Of a DNA stretch of 64,000 bases, positions 1 through 12,283 are shown piece by piece. The DNA is from an uncultured Coriobacteriia bacterium. Its GTDB lineage: Bacteria > Actinomycetota > Coriobacteriia > Anaerosomatales > CAVYJL01. The first letter of the stretch is position 1. Every line of letters starts with the position of its first letter. A program made the translations under genes and the position numbers. Below the pieces are notes generated by a model. It saw only the letters and a program-made list of their open reading frames with translations, was not told the origin of the DNA and ran no database searches. The stretch is taken from the NCBI GenBank assembly GCA_963768865.1, contig CAVYJL010000002.1, forward strand, positions 443,336 through 507,335, read 5' to 3'.

Positions 1-1
1 G

Positions 2-1192
<1,191 letters not shown>

Positions 1193-1257
1193 GCCGCAGG
1201 TCAGAGGGGTGCGCCAACGGTCGCGGCGCGGGCGTGCGCTCGCCGTGACGTTCACCC

Positions 1258-1286
1258 TTCATAAGGCCGCCTTCCTCAAGTAACAT
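1258..1286 (+). promoter_or_regulatory. sigma70/SigA-type promoter of yajC-secDF
   Basis: TTCATA-N17-TAACAT in a locally AT-richer intergenic stretch. Confidence 0.55.
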
Positions 1287-1353
1287 AGGGCGTCGGCCCG
1301 GGCTCCGGGCCGGTTGACCGCACGCGTCCCCATCGGGCCCCCGGAGGTCCTCA

Positions 1354-1772
1354 GTGAATATCGTCACCATCGGATACGTCGTAGTCCTCTTCGCGGCGCT
1401 GTACTTCCTGATCATCAGGCCGCAGCAGAAGCGGGCCAAGGACCAGGCTGCGCTGGTCAGCTCGCTGAAGCCCGGCGACCGCGTCGTCACCGCGGGCGGC
1501 ATCTTCGGGACCGTCGAGCGCGTCGAGGACGACATGCTGGAGCTTCGCATCGCCGACGGCGTGGTCGTGGACATGGCCATCTCCGCGGTCGTGCGCCGCG
1601 TGGATGCGAGCGGCACGCCGGTCGCATCCGCCTCCGAGGATGAGGGTGAGCCCGTGCCTCCCCGAACCACCGCGAAGCGGACGAGGTCGAGGAGCCGCCG
1701 GTCCGCGTCACCGACGACGAGGGGCCGCACGAGGCCACCGCGCCGCAGCCCCTCGGCAAGAAGGACGAGTAG
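1354..1772 (+). CDS. yajC: preprotein translocase subunit YajC with acidic tail; apparent frameshift near 1655
   Basis: N-terminal TM then YFLIIRPQQKR and LKPGDRVVTAGGIFGTV. The acidic tail continues in another frame to TAG 1770-1772, so the 367-aa ORF is an artefactual fusion with the next gene. Confidence 0.88.
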
Positions 1773-1779
1773 CAACGCC

Positions 1780-2457
1780 ATGACCACCGCCGCGTCGCGA
1801 CTGGTGACGCTCGAGGACCTGCAGGAAGACCCGTGGGTGCTCGCGTACATCGAGCAGGGCAACGACTATCTGGGCCGGATCGGTTACACCGAGCACGGCC
1901 TGCGTCACGCCAACCTCGTGGCGCACATCGCCGGCAACGTCCTGCGACGGCTGGGCTACCCCGAGCGTATGGCCGAGCTGGCCGCGATGGCCGGGTTCGT
2001 CCACGACATGGGTAACGCCGTGGGCCGCGAGGTGCACGGGGTGTCCGCGGCGCTTCTGGCGCAGGGCCGCCTTCAGGCCCTTGGGATGGAGCCCCGCGAG
2101 GCCGTGCTCATCATGAACGCGATCGGGAACCACGAGGAGGAGTTCGGGCAGCCGGCGAGCGAGATCGCGGCCGCTACGATCCTCGCGGACAAGAGCGACG
2201 TGCACCACACGCGGGTGCGGGCGGCCGCGGACGACTTCGACATCCACGATCGTGTGAACCACGCTGCCAAGAAGTCGTTCCTCAAAGTGGACGGCGAGAC
2301 GAGGACCATCACCCTGGAGATCGAGATCGACCCCTCCGAGAGCCAGGTGATGGAGTACTTCGAGATATTCCTGTCGCGCATGCAGATGGCGCGCGCGGCG
2401 GCGCGTGTCTTGGACGCGACGTTCGGTCTGGTGATAAACGGGTCGCGGCTGCTCTAG
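1780..2457 (+). CDS. HD-domain phosphohydrolase
   Basis: GYTEHGLRHA...FVHDMGN...ILADKSD HD motif set; ATG 7 nt after the yajC stop. Confidence 0.85.
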   Translation: MTTAASRLVTLEDLQEDPWVLAYIEQGNDYLGRIGYTEHGLRHANLVAHIAGNVLRRLGYPERMAELAAMAGFVHDMGNAVGREVHGVSAALLAQGRLQALGMEPREAVLIMNAIGNHEEEFGQPASEIAAATILADKSDVHHTRVRAAADDFDIHDRVNHAAKKSFLKVDGETRTITLEIEIDPSESQVMEYFEIFLSRMQMARAAARVLDATFGLVINGSRLL

Positions 2458-2508
2458 CCGCGACACGGCGTGTGGAAGCGTAAGCAGGCGCAAGGCAAAG
2501 GCGGGAGA

Positions 2509-3850
2509 ATGGATCCGAAGCAGAGAAACTGGCTGCTCATCGGCATCGCCGTGCTCCTCGTCGCGGTCTCATGGTTCCAGTTCTATCCTTTGGGCAGCAA
2601 GATGCGCCTGGGACTGGACCTCCGCGGCGGAGCATCGGTGATCCTCACGGCCCAGGGCATCAACGGGGCCCAGGTCACCGAGGATCAGATGCAGCGAGCA
2701 GAGACCATCGTGCTCAACCGCGTGAACGGCTTCGGCGTGTCCGAGGCCACCGTCCAGCGGCAGGGCTCGCGCAACGACTCGATCCTCGTGCAGCTGCCCG
2801 GCATCAAGGATCCCCAGAAGGCGATCGACGCTCTGGGCTCCACCGGCAAGCTCGAGTTCGTTGACGTAGCCAAGATCGTCAACTGGAACAAGCTCAAGCC
2901 CGACGACGTGAACAACGGCGTGGCTCAGCTCGCGTCGGTGGGGGCGACGTACCCACCGAGCGCCGTCATCTTCCGAGGCGATGCCATCACGAAGGCGAAC
3001 GCGGGTGTGAACTCGTCCACCGGCGGCAACATCGTCACGGTGTCGCTGAACGGGGACGCGACCACCAAGTGGGGAACGTTCACCGCCAACAACATCGGCA
3101 AGCAGGTGGCCATCATCCTGGACGGCGTCGTGAAGTCGGCGCCGGTCATCCAGGGCGCCATCAACGGTGACACGGAAGATCTCCGGCAAGTTCACACCGG
3201 ACGAGGCCAAACAGCTCGCCGCGGTCCTCCAGGCGGGCGCGCTCCCGGTGACGCTCATCAAGTCGGACGTCCGTATCGTGGACCCGACGCTGGGACTCCA
3301 GTCGCTGGAGCAGGGCATCCTCGCCGTGCTGGCGGCGTTCGTGATCATCGCCGTCTACCTGCTCCTGTTCTACCGGGGCATGGGCGTGATCTCGTGGCTC
3401 GCGCTCTTCTTCTTCGCTTCGATCTACCTGGGAGTCCTCGCGTCGCTGTCGTCGATCGGGCAGTTCGCGCTTTCGCTCCCGGGCATCGCCGGTATGGCCC
3501 TGACCGTGGGCCTGGCGGCCGACACCTCGATCCTCATGTTCGAGCGCGTCAAGGAAGAGGTGCGGCTGGGCAAGACGCTGCGCACCGCGGCCAAGTCCGG
3601 CACCAAGCACGCCCTGTGGACGAGCGTGGACGCCGACGTGGTCACGTTCGTCTCGGCGTTCGCGATCTACCTGCTGGCCATCGGGCCGGTCAAGGGCTTC
3701 GCGCTCACGCTGATCATCGGCATCATCATCGACCTCACTGTCGGCTTCCTGTTCACGCGACCGCTGATCCAGCTGCTCGCCGAGACGAAGCTGGTGCGAT
3801 CGCAAGAATGGCTCTTTGGGCTTGCGAAGGGGGGTGTCGAGAATGCGTAG
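2509..3850 (+). CDS. secD: protein translocase subunit SecD; frameshift near 3177
   Basis: LGLDLRGG, ILVQLPG, AIILDGVVKSAPVI, then LQAGALP and FERVKEE in the next frame. Confidence 0.95.
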
Positions 3851-4787
3851 GAACATCCCGTTCATGAAGTACCGCTGGTACATGCTCGGCTTCTCGGCGG
3901 TCCTCATCTTGATCAGCCTGGGCTCTCTGGCCATCAAGGGTGTCAACTGGGGCATCGAGTTCAAGGGCGGCAGCGTCGTCGAGGTCTCGGCGCCCGGCGC
4001 GTCCGCGAGCCCGGACGCCATCCGTCTCACGCTGGCCAAGACCGGCGCGCCCGATGCCGTGGTCCAGACGGAGCGCAACGTCCAGAACAACGAGGTGGGC
4101 GGCTACCTGATCCGCATGGGCCTCACCGACTCGGGCAAGGCCACCAAGGTCGTGGACGGCGCCCTCACGGCGAACAAGGTCACGGGCGCCAAGCTCAACG
4201 TCACGAGCATCGGCCCCAACTGGGGCGCGCAGGTCAGCAACTCTGCGATCATCGCGCTGCTCGCCTCGCTCGTGGCGATCCTCATCTACGTGTCCATCCG
4301 GTTCGACTACAAGATGTCGGTCACCGCGGTGGTAGCCCTGTTCCACGACGTGATCATCGTGCTGGGCATCTACTCGCTCACCGGGCGGGAGATGACGCCC
4401 AACACGATCGCGGCGCTGCTGACGATCCTTGGTTACTCGCTCTACGACACGATCGTCGTGTTCCACCGCATCAAGGAGAACAGCCAGCACATCGTCAAGC
4501 AGACGTTCGTCCAGATGGCGAACGACTCCATAAACCAGGTGCTCGTTCGTTCGCTGAACACGTCGTTCGTGTCGGTGGTCCCGCCGCTCATGCTGCTGTT
4601 CTTCGGCGGCGACACGCTCAAGGACTTCGCGTTCGCGCTCACCATCGGGCTCATCTCCGGTGCGTACTCCTCCATCGCAGTGGCTTCGCCGCTGTACGCG
4701 ATGTGGAAGGAGCGCGAGCCCAAGTTCATGGCACTGCGCAAGAAGTACGGCGGAGCCGACTCCGCGGACGTCGCCACCACCAAGTAG
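3843..4787 (+). CDS. secF: protein translocase subunit SecF
   Basis: GIEFKGG, ALFHDV, GYSLYDTIVVFHRIKEN, GAYSSIAVA. Confidence 0.96.
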   Translation: MRRNIPFMKYRWYMLGFSAVLILISLGSLAIKGVNWGIEFKGGSVVEVSAPGASASPDAIRLTLAKTGAPDAVVQTERNVQNNEVGGYLIRMGLTDSGKATKVVDGALTANKVTGAKLNVTSIGPNWGAQVSNSAIIALLASLVAILIYVSIRFDYKMSVTAVVALFHDVIIVLGIYSLTGREMTPNTIAALLTILGYSLYDTIVVFHRIKENSQHIVKQTFVQMANDSINQVLVRSLNTSFVSVVPPLMLLFFGGDTLKDFAFALTIGLISGAYSSIAVASPLYAMWKEREPKFMALRKKYGGADSADVATTK

Positions 4788-4866
4788 GCGCAAGCACGCC
4801 GACGTTGAATGCCTCCGGGGCCGGTGCGCGAGCGCGTGCCGGCCCCGGTCTTCGAGATGAGGACCC

Positions 4867-6584
4867 TTGGGACCGTTCCGTTCGCTCTCCAACCCCAGGC
4901 GGGTGTGGTCGGTGGCCGAGAGCGACCCCGCCACCGTGGCGGCGGTCGCCTCGGGCGTGACCGTCACCCGCCACATAGCGCGCATGCTCGCCGAGCGGGG
5001 CGTGTCCTCGGGCGAGGCCGCCGCGGCGTTCCTGGACGCCGACCTCGACGGCACCTGGCGCGATCCCGAGACGCTTCCCGGCATGTCCGAGGCCGCCGAC
5101 GCCGTTGCCGAGGCTGTGCGAGCCGGCAAGCGGATCCTCGTGTACGGCGACTTCGACGTGGACGGCGTCACCGCCGCCGCGGTGGCGACGCTGGGGATCA
5201 AGCTGTGCGGCGGCACGGGCAACGTGATCGTGCCCAACCGCTTCACCGACGGCTACGGGCTCACCGAGCATTCGGTGAAGCGCATCCTGGCCGCGTCACC
5301 CGACCTCGTGGTGACGGTGGACTGCGGGGTCTCGGCCGCCGTGGAGGTCGCCCAGCTGCGCGCCGCCGGAGTGGACGTCGTGGTGACCGACCACCACGAG
5401 CCCGGAGACCTCGTGCCCGAGGGCGTGCCGGTCACCGACCCGAAGCTGGGCTCGTATCCGTTCCCCGAGCTCGCGGGGGCCGGGGTGGCGCTCAAGCTCG
5501 TGGCCGCGCTGTGCTCGCGCCTGGGCCGAGGTGACGCGTGGCGCCGGCTCGCCGACCTCGCGGCGATAGGCACGGTCGCCGACATCGTGCCGTTGCTCGA
5601 CGAGAACCGCGGCCTCGTGGCCACGGGCGTGCGCAGCATGCGGACCGACCCTCGGCCTGGGATCGCGGCGTTGGCGGAGAGCGCGAGCATCCCGCTCGCG
5701 GGCCTCACGTCGGACCGCATCGCGTTCGGGATGGCGCCCCGGCTCAACGCCGCCGGCCGCATGGAGGATCCAAGATCGCGCTGCGGCTCCTGCTGGCGCC
5801 GGACGTGGAGGCCGCGCGGCCCATCGCCGCGGACCTGGAGCGGCTCAACAAGGAACGCCAGCAGGTGGAGGGCCGCCTTCTGGAGCAGGCCGAGGCGGCG
5901 GCCGTGGAGCAGCTAGCCGGGGGCGGGCGCGCGCTCGTGCTCGCGGGGGAGGGCTGGCACGACGGCGTGAAGGGCATCGTCGCCTCGCGGCTCGTCGGGC
6001 GCTACGGACTGCCTACCATGATGTTCACGCTGGAGGGCGACGAGGCGCGCGGCAGCGGCCGCAGCGTGGCCGACGTGGACCTGTTCGAGGCGGTGAGCGG
6101 CATTTCCGACCTGCTCACGAGGTACGGCGGGCACAAGGGCGCCGTGGGCGTGGCGCTGTCCGCCGCCGACCTGCCGGAGTTCCGCGAACGTCTGGCGCAG
6201 CACCTCGAGTCTCTCCCGGACGAAGCCTTCGCCGTGCGCCGCAACGTGGACGACGCGCTGGAACTGGGCGATATCGACCCGGCGTTCGCGCGCGAGCTGC
6301 GCCAGCTCGAGCCGCACGGCCTGGGCAATCCCAAGCCGCTGTTCGTCGCTCCCGCGGCGCGCATGGTGGACGCCGCGTGTGTCGGGCGCGAGGCCGAGCA
6401 CCTGCGGTTCACCGCCCGCGACGCCACCGGCTCGGTGCCGGCGATCGCGTTCCGGTGCGACGACATCGAAGACCGGCTCACCCACGACGCCGAGATCGGG
6501 CTCGTGTTCGAGGTCGAGCCCGACGAGTACCGCGGCCGAGACGGCGTGCGTCTGGTAGTACGCGACTTCGTGGGCGAGGCGTGA
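4867..6584 (+). CDS. recJ: ssDNA-specific exonuclease RecJ; frameshift near 5772
   Basis: YGDFDVDG, TVDCG, TDHH, PRLNAAGR, then GSGRS and GGHKGAVG (DHHA1) in the next frame. Confidence 0.95.
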
Positions 6585-6649
6585 CGCCGTCCCGGCGGGG
6601 CGCCGCCGGCGCCGGGCCCTCGGCGGGCCCCCGCCCCTCGGCCCGCGCG

Positions 6650-6678
6650 TTGCCGGGCGTCTTGGACCACCGTATGCT
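6650..6678 (+). promoter_or_regulatory. sigma70/SigA-type promoter of rel
   Basis: TTGCCG-N17-TATGCT. Confidence 0.6.
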
Positions 6679-6734
6679 GCGGATATCCTCTGGGGCGCCC
6701 CGCGCGGCGCATCACACCCGGACTGGAGGCACTT

Positions 6735-8969
6735 CTGACCGCGACGCTTGAACAGATCGAGTCCCGCGTCCGGGAGTACAACCCCGACGGTGACCTCGCG
6801 CTCATCGAGGCGGCCTACGAGTTCGCGGTAGCGGCTCACGAGGGCCAGTGCCGCCTGTCCGGCGAGCCGTTCGTGACCCACCCCATCGAGGTCACGCTCA
6901 TCCTCGCCGAGCAGCACATGGACACCGCGACGCTGGCCGCGGCGCTGCTCCACGACGTGGTCGAGGACTCCGAGGTGCCGCTCTCCGAGATCGAGACGCG
7001 ATTCGGCACCGAGGTCGCCGAGCTGGTGGACGGCGTCACCAAGCTGGGCCGCATCGAGTTCAAGTCCATGGCCGAGGAGCAGTCCAACAACCTGCGCAAG
7101 ATGCTCATCGCGATGGCGAAGGACATCCGGGTCATCCTCATCAAGCTCGCGGACAGGCTCCACAACATGCGAACGCTGGCGAGCCTGCCGGCGGAGAAGC
7201 AGTTGGAGAAGGCGCAGGAGACGCTCGAGATCTATGCGCCCCTCGCGCACCGGCTCGGGATGACCAAGATCAAGTGGCAGCTGGAGGACCTGGCTCTCTA
7301 CTACCTCGAGCCGCGCACGTACTCCCAGATCCAGAAGATGGTGGCGGAGAGCCGCGCCGCGCGAGAGGCCTACCTGGACCAGGTGATCGACGAGCTGGAG
7401 GCAGAGCTCGCCAAGGTGGGCATCAAGGCCGACATCCAGGGCCGGCCCAAGCACTTTTACAGCATCTACCAGAAGATGACGCAGAAGGGCAAAGAGTTCT
7501 CCGAGATCTACGACCTGATCGCCGTGCGCATCATCGTGGACTCGGTCAAGGACTGCTACGGCGCGCTGGGCACGGTGCACTCCATCTGGAAGCCGGTCCC
7601 GGGGCGCTTCAAGGACTACGTGGCGATGCCCAAGTTCAACATGTACCAGTCCCTGCACACCACCGTCATCGGGCCCGCCGGCCGCCCGCTGGAGATCCAG
7701 ATCCGCACCGAGGAGATGCACCGCACCAGCGAGCACGGCATCGCGGCCCACTGGCGCTACAAAGAGGGCAAACGTGCCGAGGAGAGCTTCGACCAGCGCC
7801 TGGCGTGGCTGCGGCAGATGCTCGAGTGGCAGCAGGAGCTGCGCGACCCGCGCGAGTTCATGGAAGCCTTCAAGATCGACCTGTTCGAGGACGAGGTACT
7901 CGTTTTCACGCCCAAGGGCGACGTGTTCTCGCTGCGCAGAGGCTCCACGCCGCTCGACTTCGCCTACGCGGTCCACTCGGAGGTGGGCAACCACACGGTA
8001 GGCGCCAAGGTGAACGGCCAGATCGTGCCGCTCACCTACGAGCTTCGCATGGGCGACCGCGTGGACATCCTCACGCAGAAGTCCGCCAAGCCCAGCCGCG
8101 ACTGGATGAACGTCGTCCACACGAGCCGCGCGCGCTCCAAGATCCGCGCCTACTTCGCCAAGGAGAGCCGCGAGGACGACCTCGAGAAGGGCCGCGACGA
8201 GCTGGGCAAGGCCATGCGCAAGCACGGCCTCGGCCTGTCCACGCACGCGGGGGCCCGGGCGCTGGACGCAGTGGCCAAGTCCATGAACTACGTGGCGGCC
8301 GACGACCTCGCCGCCGCGGTGGGAGCGGGCAAGGTCTCGCCCAAGGCCGTGGCCACCAAGCTCATCAAGGAGATGAACGCCGGCCGCCCGGAGGGCGTCG
8401 CAGAGCCCCCTGCCGAGGAGCTCACGCTCGACCAGCTCGTCCCGCTCACGCCGTCGCGCCACGCGCGCAGGCGACGGACGAGCACGGGCGTGTGCGTGGA
8501 GGGCATCGAGGACATGCTCGTGCGCCTGGCGCGCTGCTGCACACCGGTCCCCGGCGACGAGATCGTAGGATTCGTGACCCGTGGCCGAGGCGTGTCAGTG
8601 CATCGTGCCGACTGCCCCAACGCCCGCGACCTGGTGAAAGTGAGTCCGGAGCGGATGATCGAGGTGTCGTGGGACACGTCGAGCCAGACCACGTACCAGG
8701 TGGAGATCCGCATCGAGGCGCTCGACCGCACCGGCCTGTTGCGCGACGTGACGGTGGGCCTGTCGGACGCGGGCGCGAACATCCTGTCGGCGAGCATCAA
8801 CACCGACAAGAACGGCATCGCGAACATGCAGTACCTCTTCGAGCTGAGCAACATGGCGGCTCTCGACAACGTCCTGCGCGACCTCAAGAAGATCGAGGGC
8901 GTATTCGACGCGCACCGGGTCATGGCGTCGAGCAACGGCCGCAAGCGTCACGGGAAGGACGCATCGTGA
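6735..8969 (+). CDS. relA: bifunctional (p)ppGpp synthetase/hydrolase Rel (long RSH); apparent CTG start
   Basis: ALLHDVVED hydrolase, RFKDY and EIQIRT synthetase, TGS (FTPKG), CC/ZFD and ACT domains. Homology extends upstream of GTG6873 to CTG6735, which follows GGAGG. Confidence 0.95.
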   Translation: MTATLEQIESRVREYNPDGDLALIEAAYEFAVAAHEGQCRLSGEPFVTHPIEVTLILAEQHMDTATLAAALLHDVVEDSEVPLSEIETRFGTEVAELVDGVTKLGRIEFKSMAEEQSNNLRKMLIAMAKDIRVILIKLADRLHNMRTLASLPAEKQLEKAQETLEIYAPLAHRLGMTKIKWQLEDLALYYLEPRTYSQIQKMVAESRAAREAYLDQVIDELEAELAKVGIKADIQGRPKHFYSIYQKMTQKGKEFSEIYDLIAVRIIVDSVKDCYGALGTVHSIWKPVPGRFKDYVAMPKFNMYQSLHTTVIGPAGRPLEIQIRTEEMHRTSEHGIAAHWRYKEGKRAEESFDQRLAWLRQMLEWQQELRDPREFMEAFKIDLFEDEVLVFTPKGDVFSLRRGSTPLDFAYAVHSEVGNHTVGAKVNGQIVPLTYELRMGDRVDILTQKSAKPSRDWMNVVHTSRARSKIRAYFAKESREDDLEKGRDELGKAMRKHGLGLSTHAGARALDAVAKSMNYVAADDLAAAVGAGKVSPKAVATKLIKEMNAGRPEGVAEPPAEELTLDQLVPLTPSRHARRRRTSTGVCVEGIEDMLVRLARCCTPVPGDEIVGFVTRGRGVSVHRADCPNARDLVKVSPERMIEVSWDTSSQTTYQVEIRIEALDRTGLLRDVTVGLSDAGANILSASINTDKNGIANMQYLFELSNMAALDNVLRDLKKIEGVFDAHRVMASSNGRKRHGKDAS

Positions 8970-9589
8970 TAGCCACGCGCCTCACGCTCGGTCCGCTGGA
9001 CACGAACTGCTGGATCGCCCAGGACGACTCGGGCGGGCCGCTCGTGGTCATCGACCCGGCAGGCGACGCCCCCCAGCTGTTCGAGGCCATCGCCGGCAGG
9101 CCGGTGTCGGCGGTCGTGCTCACGCACGGGCACTGGGACCACCTCGGCGCGGTGGCCGAGCTCGTGGAGAAGACCGGAGCACCGCTCCTGGTCCACACGG
9201 CCGATGGCTCGCGCATCACCACCCCCGACGGCACCGGCGGCACGCTGTTCGGCTTCGACCACGTGGCGCCTTCCGCCGACCGGCTGCTGGTGGACGACGA
9301 TCTGGTGGAGGCCGGCAGGCTCGAGCTGCGCGTGCTGCACACGCCCGGGCACACGAAGGGCTCCATCTGCCTGTGGGACGAGGCGGGCGGCGAGCTGTTC
9401 AGCGGAGACACCCTGTTCGCCGGCTCGGTGGGCCGCACCGACTTCGAGGGCGGCGACCCGCGCGAGCTGCGCGAGTCCATCGCCCGGCTGGCTGCGCTGC
9501 CGGAAGAGACGCGTGTGCACCCCGGCCACGGGCCCGACACGACCATCGAACGCGAGCGGCGCATCAACCCGTTCTGGCCGAGGGCGTAG
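8966..9589 (+). CDS. MBL-fold metallo-hydrolase (YcbL/glyoxalase II-like)
   Basis: TNCWI, LTHGHWDH, HTPGHT, FSGDTLF, GRTDF, HPGHGP; GTG overlaps the rel stop. Confidence 0.92.
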   Translation: MIATRLTLGPLDTNCWIAQDDSGGPLVVIDPAGDAPQLFEAIAGRPVSAVVLTHGHWDHLGAVAELVEKTGAPLLVHTADGSRITTPDGTGGTLFGFDHVAPSADRLLVDDDLVEAGRLELRVLHTPGHTKGSICLWDEAGGELFSGDTLFAGSVGRTDFEGGDPRELRESIARLAALPEETRVHPGHGPDTTIERERRINPFWPRA

Positions 9590-9604
9590 CGAGGAGTCGT
9601 ATCC

Positions 9605-10855
9605 GTGCGGATCCTCCTCTCTGAGGGCTCAAGCCTCACGGCGCGTGAGTTCGTCACCGTGCTCGGGCTCGCCGGACAGCACCTGGAGGTCATGGACCCA
9701 AGCGCCAGCTGCCTGTGCCGGTTCAGTCGCTGGGTGCGTGCTGTGCACCGGGCTCCAGCCTCGGGGGCCGACCCGCTCAGCTATCTTGACGCCGTGAGCG
9801 AGGTGCTGCGGCGGGGCCGATTCGACGTGCTCCTGCCGACGCACGAGCAGGCGTGGCTCTTCGCCGCCGCGCGCGACCGGTTGCCCGACGACGTGGGCCT
9901 CGCGGTGGCAGATCCCTCGTCCTTCCAGCTCGTCCAGAGCAAGGTCGCGTTCGCGAAACTGCTCGACGAGGTCGGGCTTCCACAGCCGCGCTGGGCGGTC
10001 GCGCGAACCGAAGACGACTTTGCCGAGTGGCGGCCTCCCTTCTACCTCAAAGCCCCATACTCGACGGCCGGCCAAGGCGTGCGCGAGGTGGCCTCCGCTG
10101 CGGACGCCGTGGAGGCATTCACAGCCCTGAGCCGGATGACGGAGCAAGGTGAGTTGCTCATCCAGGAGCCGGCGGGAGGCACGTACGCGCAGGTCCAGGC
10201 GCTCTTCGACCACGGCAGGCTCATCGCCGCTCATACCAGCGCCCGGAGCGCCGAGGGCGTGGGCCACAGCGCCGCGGGCCGCGTGAGCGTGAACCACGGA
10301 TTCGCGCGCCACGACGTGGAGAAGCTCGGGCGCCACCTCGGCTGGCACGGCGGGCTCACGCTCGATTACCTGTTCGACGGCGACCACGTCAAGTACATCG
10401 AGTGCAACCCGCGCACGGTCGAGCCCGGGAACGCGGCCGCGAGCGGTGTGGACCTGCCCGCGGCGCAGGCGCGCCTGTCACTGGGAGAACACCCAGCGCC
10501 TGTGCCGCCGGGACGGACCGGTGTTCGGACGCACGGCGCGGTCGCGGTCCTGCTCGGGTCGGCGCGGTATGCGGGCACGCGAAGGGCGGTCCTCGGCAGT
10601 GCGTGGAACATGGCGGCCGGCCGTGACGGGTTCAAAGGGAGCCGGGAGCAACTCACCCCGCTGTGGCGCGATCCGCCGAGCGCCTTGCCGCTCGCTGCGG
10701 TGCTCGGGCGGCTGTTGATACGTCCGCGAGACGCGCAGGGGATCGCGGAGGCCGGTGTGAGCGCGTACTCGGTGGGTGACGACTCGATCCAGACCGTGCT
10801 TTCGGCGGGCCCCGCGACGTCGCCCGCCCCCGCTCGTGATGTCGACCAATGCTAA
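9605..10855 (+). CDS. ATP-grasp domain protein of unknown substrate
   Basis: SKVAFAKLL, YLKAPYSTAGQGV, LLIQEP, LTLDYL, YIECNPR. Confidence 0.8.
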   Translation: MRILLSEGSSLTAREFVTVLGLAGQHLEVMDPSASCLCRFSRWVRAVHRAPASGADPLSYLDAVSEVLRRGRFDVLLPTHEQAWLFAAARDRLPDDVGLAVADPSSFQLVQSKVAFAKLLDEVGLPQPRWAVARTEDDFAEWRPPFYLKAPYSTAGQGVREVASAADAVEAFTALSRMTEQGELLIQEPAGGTYAQVQALFDHGRLIAAHTSARSAEGVGHSAAGRVSVNHGFARHDVEKLGRHLGWHGGLTLDYLFDGDHVKYIECNPRTVEPGNAAASGVDLPAAQARLSLGEHPAPVPPGRTGVRTHGAVAVLLGSARYAGTRRAVLGSAWNMAAGRDGFKGSREQLTPLWRDPPSALPLAAVLGRLLIRPRDAQGIAEAGVSAYSVGDDSIQTVLSAGPATSPAPARDVDQC

Positions 10856-10909
10856 ACTCCTGACCTTGCCCGTCCGCCCTACCCGGCACGAAAGGGACCC
10901 GAGCTTCCC

Positions 10910-12192
10910 ATGGCCACCCCGATGAACGCACGCGCCCCCAAGGGCACCGCCGACATGCTCCCGGACACCGCGCGCGCCTGGGAGTTCATGACGCGTACAG
11001 CGCAGGAGCTCTTCGCGCGCTACGGCTACGAGCCCATCTACACGCCTGTGTTCGAGCACACCGAGGTGTTCACGCGCGGGATCGGCGAGGCCACGGATAT
11101 CGTGTCCAAGGAGATGTACACGTTCGAGGACAAGGGCGGGCGCTCCATCACGCTGCGCCCCGAGGGCACCGCGAGCGTCGTTCGCTCGGCGCTGGAGCAT
11201 CACCTCACCGCCAACGGCCAGAGCGCGAAGCTCTACTACGCGGGCCCGATGTTCCGCTACGAACGCCCCCAGGCCGGCCGCATGCGCCAGTTCTGGCAGA
11301 TAGGCATCGAGGCGCTCAACCTGCCCGCGCCCACCGTGGATGCCGAGGTCATCGCCGTGCTCATGGAGTTCTACGCGGCCGTGGGCGTGCCGAGGGACCG
11401 ATCATGCGCTGCTGCTGAACTCGATGGGCGACGAGAAGCTGCCGGCCCGCGTATCGAGACAAGGTCGCGGACTACATCCGTTCGCACGCGGGCGACCTGT
11501 GCGAGGAGTGCAACCGCCGCGCGGACACCAACCCGCTGCGCGCGTTCGACTGCAAGAACGAGCAGTGCCGCACGATCATGGAGGACGCCCCGCTGTTGCG
11601 TGACGAGCTCTGCGACGAGTGCGCTGCGCACTACAGCGCGGTGAAGGGGCACCTCGACGCGCTGGGCGTGGAGTACGTGGAAGACCCGCGTCTCGTGCGC
11701 GGGCTCGACTACTACACGCGCACCGTTTTCGAGGTGAAGGCCCAGGGACTCGGCGCGCAGGACGGCATCGGCGGCGGCGGTCGCTACGACAAGCTCATGG
11801 AGGAGTACGGCGGTCCGCACACCCCGAGTCTAGGCTTCGCGCTGGGATTCGAGCGCACGCTGCTGGCGCTCGAAGCGGCCGGGGTGGAGGTTCCCGCCGT
11901 CCCGATCGCCGAGGTCTTCGTCGCTCGTGTGGACGACTCGGTGGCGGGGGAGGTCTTCGCCATCGCGGCCGAGCTGCGCGCAGCCGGCATCGCCGCGGAG
12001 CTCGACCACCAGGGCCGCAGCCTCAAGTCGCAGATGAAGCTCGCGGACCGGCTCGGCGCGCGCCAAGTGGTGTTCGTGGGGCCCGACGAGCTCGCCGCGG
12101 GGGCGCTGACCGTGCGCGACATGGCCTCCAAGGAGGAGCGGTCGGTGCCGCGTGGGGAGCTGGCCACGGCGCTGGCGTCGGCGGGGCGCTGA
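10910..12192 (+). CDS. hisS: histidyl-tRNA synthetase; two apparent frameshifts near 11405 and 11440
   Basis: APKGTADM, KEMYTF, LRPEGTA, FRYERPQAGR, LVRGLDYY, GGGGRYD; extended -10 TGcTAAACT at 10850-10858. Confidence 0.96.
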
Positions 12193-12283
12193 CGCCCGAG
12201 GGCCGGTGACCGGCGGGCCGTGGCTGCGCGGGTGACGGCCACGCCCGCGCTTGCGGGTATCCACCCGGGCGGAGGTGTTCGCC

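Noticed and set aside
1354-2457. Apparent YajC-HD hydrolase fusion (367-aa ORF)
   Set aside because: The linker reads as off-frame Arg-rich text. The alternative frame gives an acidic tail ending at TAG1772 just before ATG1780, consistent with one indel.
6848-9589. 913-aa ORF overlapping rel, and the many long antisense ORFs
   Set aside because: Shadow frames of high-GC coding DNA; only the last 207 codons (MBL hydrolase) have protein-like motifs.
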